From the IMG/VR virus record IMGVR_UViG_2838114448_000008: a stretch of 20,000 nt of DNA. The stretch is one strand, 5' to 3'. This document shows, in pieces, positions 17,617 through 20,000 of this stretch (positions are counted from its first letter, which is position 1; each line of letters begins with the position of its first letter). The notes beneath the pieces were generated by a model. The model did not search any database and was not told the DNA's origin. It saw only the letters and a program-made list of their open reading frames with translations. The stretch comes from an uncultured virus (IMG/VR IMGVR_UViG_2838114448_000008). Lineage: Duplodnaviria > Heunggongvirae > Uroviricota > Caudoviricetes. Both the position numbers and the translations under genes were made by a program.

Positions 17617-17832
17617 ATGACACAGGACCTCTCCGAGAAAGCTTTAGCGGCACGACGCCTCCGGCGCCGTTTATCGCCGGAAGAAGACGCGAATCCGGAC
17701 TGGATCAAGCGCTGCAACCCGAAGACGTGGTCGCAGTCGGAGAGGGACTCATTGGCCGCTCTTTGGAAGCGGTTCCGAGTAGCGCGCTCCCGCGGGGAAC
17801 TCGAGGTGTATACCACGCGCGTTCGGGAGTAG
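17617..17832 (+). CDS. 71-aa basic hypothetical protein, paralogue 1 (MTQDLSEKAL...)
   Basis: AAGGGAG SD and ATG conserved in all three copies. Frame open in all three with shared 'LSPE..RC.P.TWSQS.RDS.AA..AR.RGELE'. Confidence 0.7.
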   Translation: MTQDLSEKALAARRLRRRLSPEEDANPDWIKRCNPKTWSQSERDSLAALWKRFRVARSRGELEVYTTRVRE

Positions 17833-17889
17833 AGGACCCCAAAAGGCCCCCGAAAAAGGTATCGTATCTTCGCTCGCAGGCTTGAGGGA

Positions 17890-18315
17890 GTGCACCAGGA
17901 TACCGTCATCGCACACGAGAGCGGGCCCGTCGCCATCAGGCCGGTCGCCGCTGAACCGCCCCCCGTCTTCAAGACCCCCACACCGGATCAGATCGAGGCG
18001 ATCCTGCGGGATCCTCTGGGCGGCGGCGCCGTGGCTCTGTTGGAGGACGCGAATGGCGACGGGTTCGCCTGGCGGCGCGAGACCGCACCGCCACACCTCA
18101 TCATATCGCACGACCTGGAGGAAGCGGTCGGAGCCGTGTTCTCTCCGGGGCAGCCGCTCAACCGCCACGTTGCCCGAAGCCTGGACGAAGCCATGACCAT
18201 CATGCGCGATCGCGGTGTTTATAGGCAACACCGCTCGCCAAGGCCGCACGCCCGCGTCGGTCGCGAAAGACGATCAGCGCGGCGTCGCTTCCGGGGGGCC
18301 CCATGTACGCCATGA
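17890..18315 (+). CDS. Hypothetical protein
   Basis: GTG start after GAGGGA. Protein-like composition up to about residue 112; the 3' tail overlaps the convergent gene. Confidence 0.4.
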   Translation: MHQDTVIAHESGPVAIRPVAAEPPPVFKTPTPDQIEAILRDPLGGGAVALLEDANGDGFAWRRETAPPHLIISHDLEEAVGAVFSPGQPLNRHVARSLDEAMTIMRDRGVYRQHRSPRPHARVGRERRSARRRFRGAPCTP

Positions 18316-18748
18316 GGATATCCGCTGGGCCCGGCGGGTCTGCTGTCCCGTTCGCCCAGGCCTCAACCTCCCCAACGGGCGAACGGATGATCCCGGCCAA
18401 CTCTTCCACGGTTATCGCGAGGTCCTGGAGCAGACCGGCCACCGGCGGCCTCTCCGGCGGCGGCTGGAGGGGCGGCGGAACCGGCGAAACCCGGCCCTCG
18501 GGTGACACCGTATACGGTCCTGGGCTCGCCCAATCGTCGCCCTTGATGGGTTGGTCGAGAGTCGTGGGCCATGCGTAGGGAAGAACGTAGACCATGTATT
18601 GACCCGGCGGGACCTGCGCGCCGGCCTCGTCAACGGAGCCCGCGTCCAAAATGGCAACAATGGTCGCGTCGCGAACAAAACAGAACCGAAACACACCGCG
18701 GCCGTTGTCAGTCTCCCACAAACCATGGGGCTTATTTGGACTGGGCAT
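18200..18748 (-). CDS. Two-domain protein with C-terminal Cro/XRE-type HTH
   Basis: GGAGG RBS before ATG 18748. Beta-rich N-domain, Pro-rich linker, then 'LLQDLAITVEELAGIIRSPVGEVEAWANGTADPPGPADILM', resembling HigA/MqsA-type HTH. Confidence 0.6.
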   Translation of the reverse strand: MPSPNKPHGLWETDNGRGVFRFCFVRDATIVAILDAGSVDEAGAQVPPGQYMVYVLPYAWPTTLDQPIKGDDWASPGPYTVSPEGRVSPVPPPLQPPPERPPVAGLLQDLAITVEELAGIIRSPVGEVEAWANGTADPPGPADILMAYMGPPGSDAALIVFRDRRGRAALASGVAYKHRDRA

Positions 18749-18780
18749 TCCGGTGCCTCCGTCGTTTCGCGGCATCACCT

Positions 18781-19079
18781 TTGCGCGATCTCCGCGCTCT
18801 GTTATACTGAAACGGCGTCGGATTGACGAGGTACCGGTTCGGTCCATCGCCCCCGACGATCCCCAGGGAGTCCGACGGATGACACAAGACGCCTCACGCA
18901 TGACATTGGAGGGCGCGCCGTGTCTGCACCGTTTGTCGCCGGAAGACCGAGCGCGACCGGCCTGGAGTCTGCGGTGCGACCCGAGGACGTGGTCGCAGTC
19001 GGAAAGGGACTCATTCGCCGCAGAGTTAAGGATGTTACGAGCGGCACGCGCGCGCGGTGAACTGGAGATAATTGTCTAG
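18781..19079 (+). repeat. Repeat unit 2 (promoter TTGCGC-N16-TATACT + hairpin leader + SD + small ORF)
   Basis: Leader nearly identical to unit 1; the ORF is the most diverged of the three. Confidence 0.85.
18879..19079 (+). CDS. 66-aa basic hypothetical protein, paralogue 2 (MTQDASRMTL...)
   Basis: AGGGAG SD; colinear with paralogues 1 and 3 without indels. Confidence 0.65.
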   Translation: MTQDASRMTLEGAPCLHRLSPEDRARPAWSLRCDPRTWSQSERDSFAAELRMLRAARARGELEIIV

Positions 19080-19194
19080 AGCGAATCCCGAGCGACCTGG
19101 AACAGATCGCCGGCCACGAAAACGGGGACGATCTGCGCCAGTTGCCACTTAAGGATGACAGCCCGCGGCAGGGCCGTCCAAACACGCGCGGGCA

Positions 19195-19446
19195 ACGATC
19201 CGAAGGGAGTCCGACCGATGACACAGGACCTCTCCGAGAAAGCTTTAGCGGCACGACGCCTCCGGCGCTGTTTATCGCCGGAAGAAGACGCGCAGCCGGA
19301 CTATATCAAGCGCTGCAACCCGAAGACGTGGTCGCAGTCGCAGAGGGACTCACAGGCCGCCCTCTTGAGGCGGTCCCGAGCCGCGCGCGCTCGCGGAGAG
19401 CTCGAGGTGTATATCTAACGCAAGAAGGACCGGGCGGCCCCGAAAA
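19195..19446 (+). repeat. Repeat unit 3 (SD + small ORF + 3' tail; different upstream leader)
   Basis: Coding part differs from unit 1 at about 20 of 198 nt by manual count. Shares downstream AGGACC...GGCCCCGAAAA. Confidence 0.9.
19218..19418 (+). CDS. 66-aa basic hypothetical protein, paralogue 3 (MTQDLSEKAL...)
   Basis: AAGGGAG SD; near-identical N-terminus to paralogue 1. Confidence 0.7.
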   Translation: MTQDLSEKALAARRLRRCLSPEEDAQPDYIKRCNPKTWSQSQRDSQAALLRRSRAARARGELEVYI

Positions 19447-19688
19447 TACAGTCGGTATAGTCGAACACGACGATCCGACCGGAGCCGCCGGATGACGTCG
19501 TGGGGACGATTCACACCGAAGGATCCGAAAAAACCCGGACGATCTGGGCGATGACCGAGTCCGATGCAATGGACAATGCCATCCGGTTTCTGCGCACCGT
19601 GGCCGACGACGGCCAACGGATCGGTCTGGACGCATAGACGCTCCGCGCCGCCTCCCCTCCTCCTGTCCATTCCCCAACGGAGACACCC

Positions 19689-20000
19689 ATGCTTGACGCC
19701 GAGTCCCACCTGCTGTGGGTCACGGCGGTCGAGGTGCCCGTGCTGGGCGCCTTGTTCTGGCTGGTCTGGCGCAACCGCCGGGACACCGACGACCGCCTGA
19801 CCGAGACCCAGCGCCGCGCCGACATCGCCATCGCCCAGACCAAGGACGCCCTGACCGCCTTCAAGCTGGAGGTGGCGCGCTCCTATGCCTCGATCAGCAC
19901 CTTGAAGGACGTCGAGGCCCGCCTGACCGCCCACCTGCTGCGCATCGAGACCAAGCTGGACGAGACCCGCGCCCGCGCGCTGGAAACGCATGGGCCGTAG
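19689..20000 (+). CDS. Single-TM coiled-coil membrane protein (holin-like) of the resident virion cluster
   Basis: GGAG RBS. 'LLWVTAVEVPVLGALFWLVW' TM, then 'FKLEVARSYAS...LKDVEARLTAHLLRIETKLD'. Codon style matches the structural cluster. Confidence 0.6.
   Translation: MLDAESHLLWVTAVEVPVLGALFWLVWRNRRDTDDRLTETQRRADIAIAQTKDALTAFKLEVARSYASISTLKDVEARLTAHLLRIETKLDETRARALETHGP

Larger units (their letters stand above)
17518..17856 (+). repeat. Repeat unit 1 (promoter + hairpin leader + SD + small ORF + short 3' tail)
   Basis: Direct sequence similarity to 18781-19079 and 19195-19446. Confidence 0.9.
8449..20000 (+). other. Resident compact T7-like virion gene cluster (GTA-like / domesticated podovirus module)
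   Basis: Co-oriented and largely translationally coupled: capsid end, tubular A/B, internal protein, fibres, terminase, holin-like gene. Very GC-rich, uniform codon usage. No replication genes within the visible part. Confidence 0.6.

Noticed and set aside
17491..17828. GTTCGGGA direct repeat (17491-17498 and 17821-17828) as a target-site duplication
   Set aside because: Only 8 bp; homology with unit 3 continues beyond the second copy; no transposase or terminal inverted repeats.
18673..18686. Alphaproteobacterial LexA box (GAAC-N7-GAAC)
   Set aside because: Spacer is 6 nt (GAAC-AAAACA-GAAC) and it lies inside a probable coding region.
17617..19418. Diversity-generating retroelement (TR/VR) explanation for the repeats
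   Set aside because: Differences between copies are not adenine-specific (C/T, G/C and T/G changes occur) and no reverse transcriptase is present in the window.
17518..19560. CRISPR-like array from recurring (G)ACGATC motifs
   Set aside because: Motifs are short and irregularly spaced, largely explained by the duplicated leaders; no cas genes.

Overview
High-GC, alphaproteobacterial-looking DNA (Rhodospirillales by inference) that joins two separate phage-derived elements. (1) 1-~8445 is the right end of a podovirus-type prophage. It carries the C-terminal part of a giant injected/polyvalent protein, a lysis cassette (holin-like gene, M15 peptidase endolysin, overlapping i-/o-spanins) and cargo: an AT-rich PRTase + DprA pair (ShosTA / DprA-PRTase-like defence), an XRE regulator and a secreted thermonuclease. 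(2) At 8449 the sequence switches abruptly into a start-less 27-codon fragment (HFVNNMMSQGAVLIDGAGVASLPCHED*). I recognise this as the C-terminus of a major capsid protein. It is preceded by in-frame stops and a perfect IHF-consensus site, so the prophage appears to have integrated INSIDE the capsid gene of a second, resident element. (3) 8449-20000 is that resident compact T7-like virion cluster: small conserved gene, tail tubular A and B, one small internal virion protein, tail fibre, two paralogous spike-fibre proteins, TerS candidate, TerL and a holin-like gene. No large ejection proteins are present in the visible part; the cluster is GTA-like or domesticated by inference. (4) Between TerL and the holin-like gene lies a ~2.1 kb insert with three diverged copies of a module: structured leader, SD and a 66-71 aa basic ORF, with a conserved promoter in two copies. 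The insert also holds an HTH-containing gene. All family calls come from motif recognition, not database searches.
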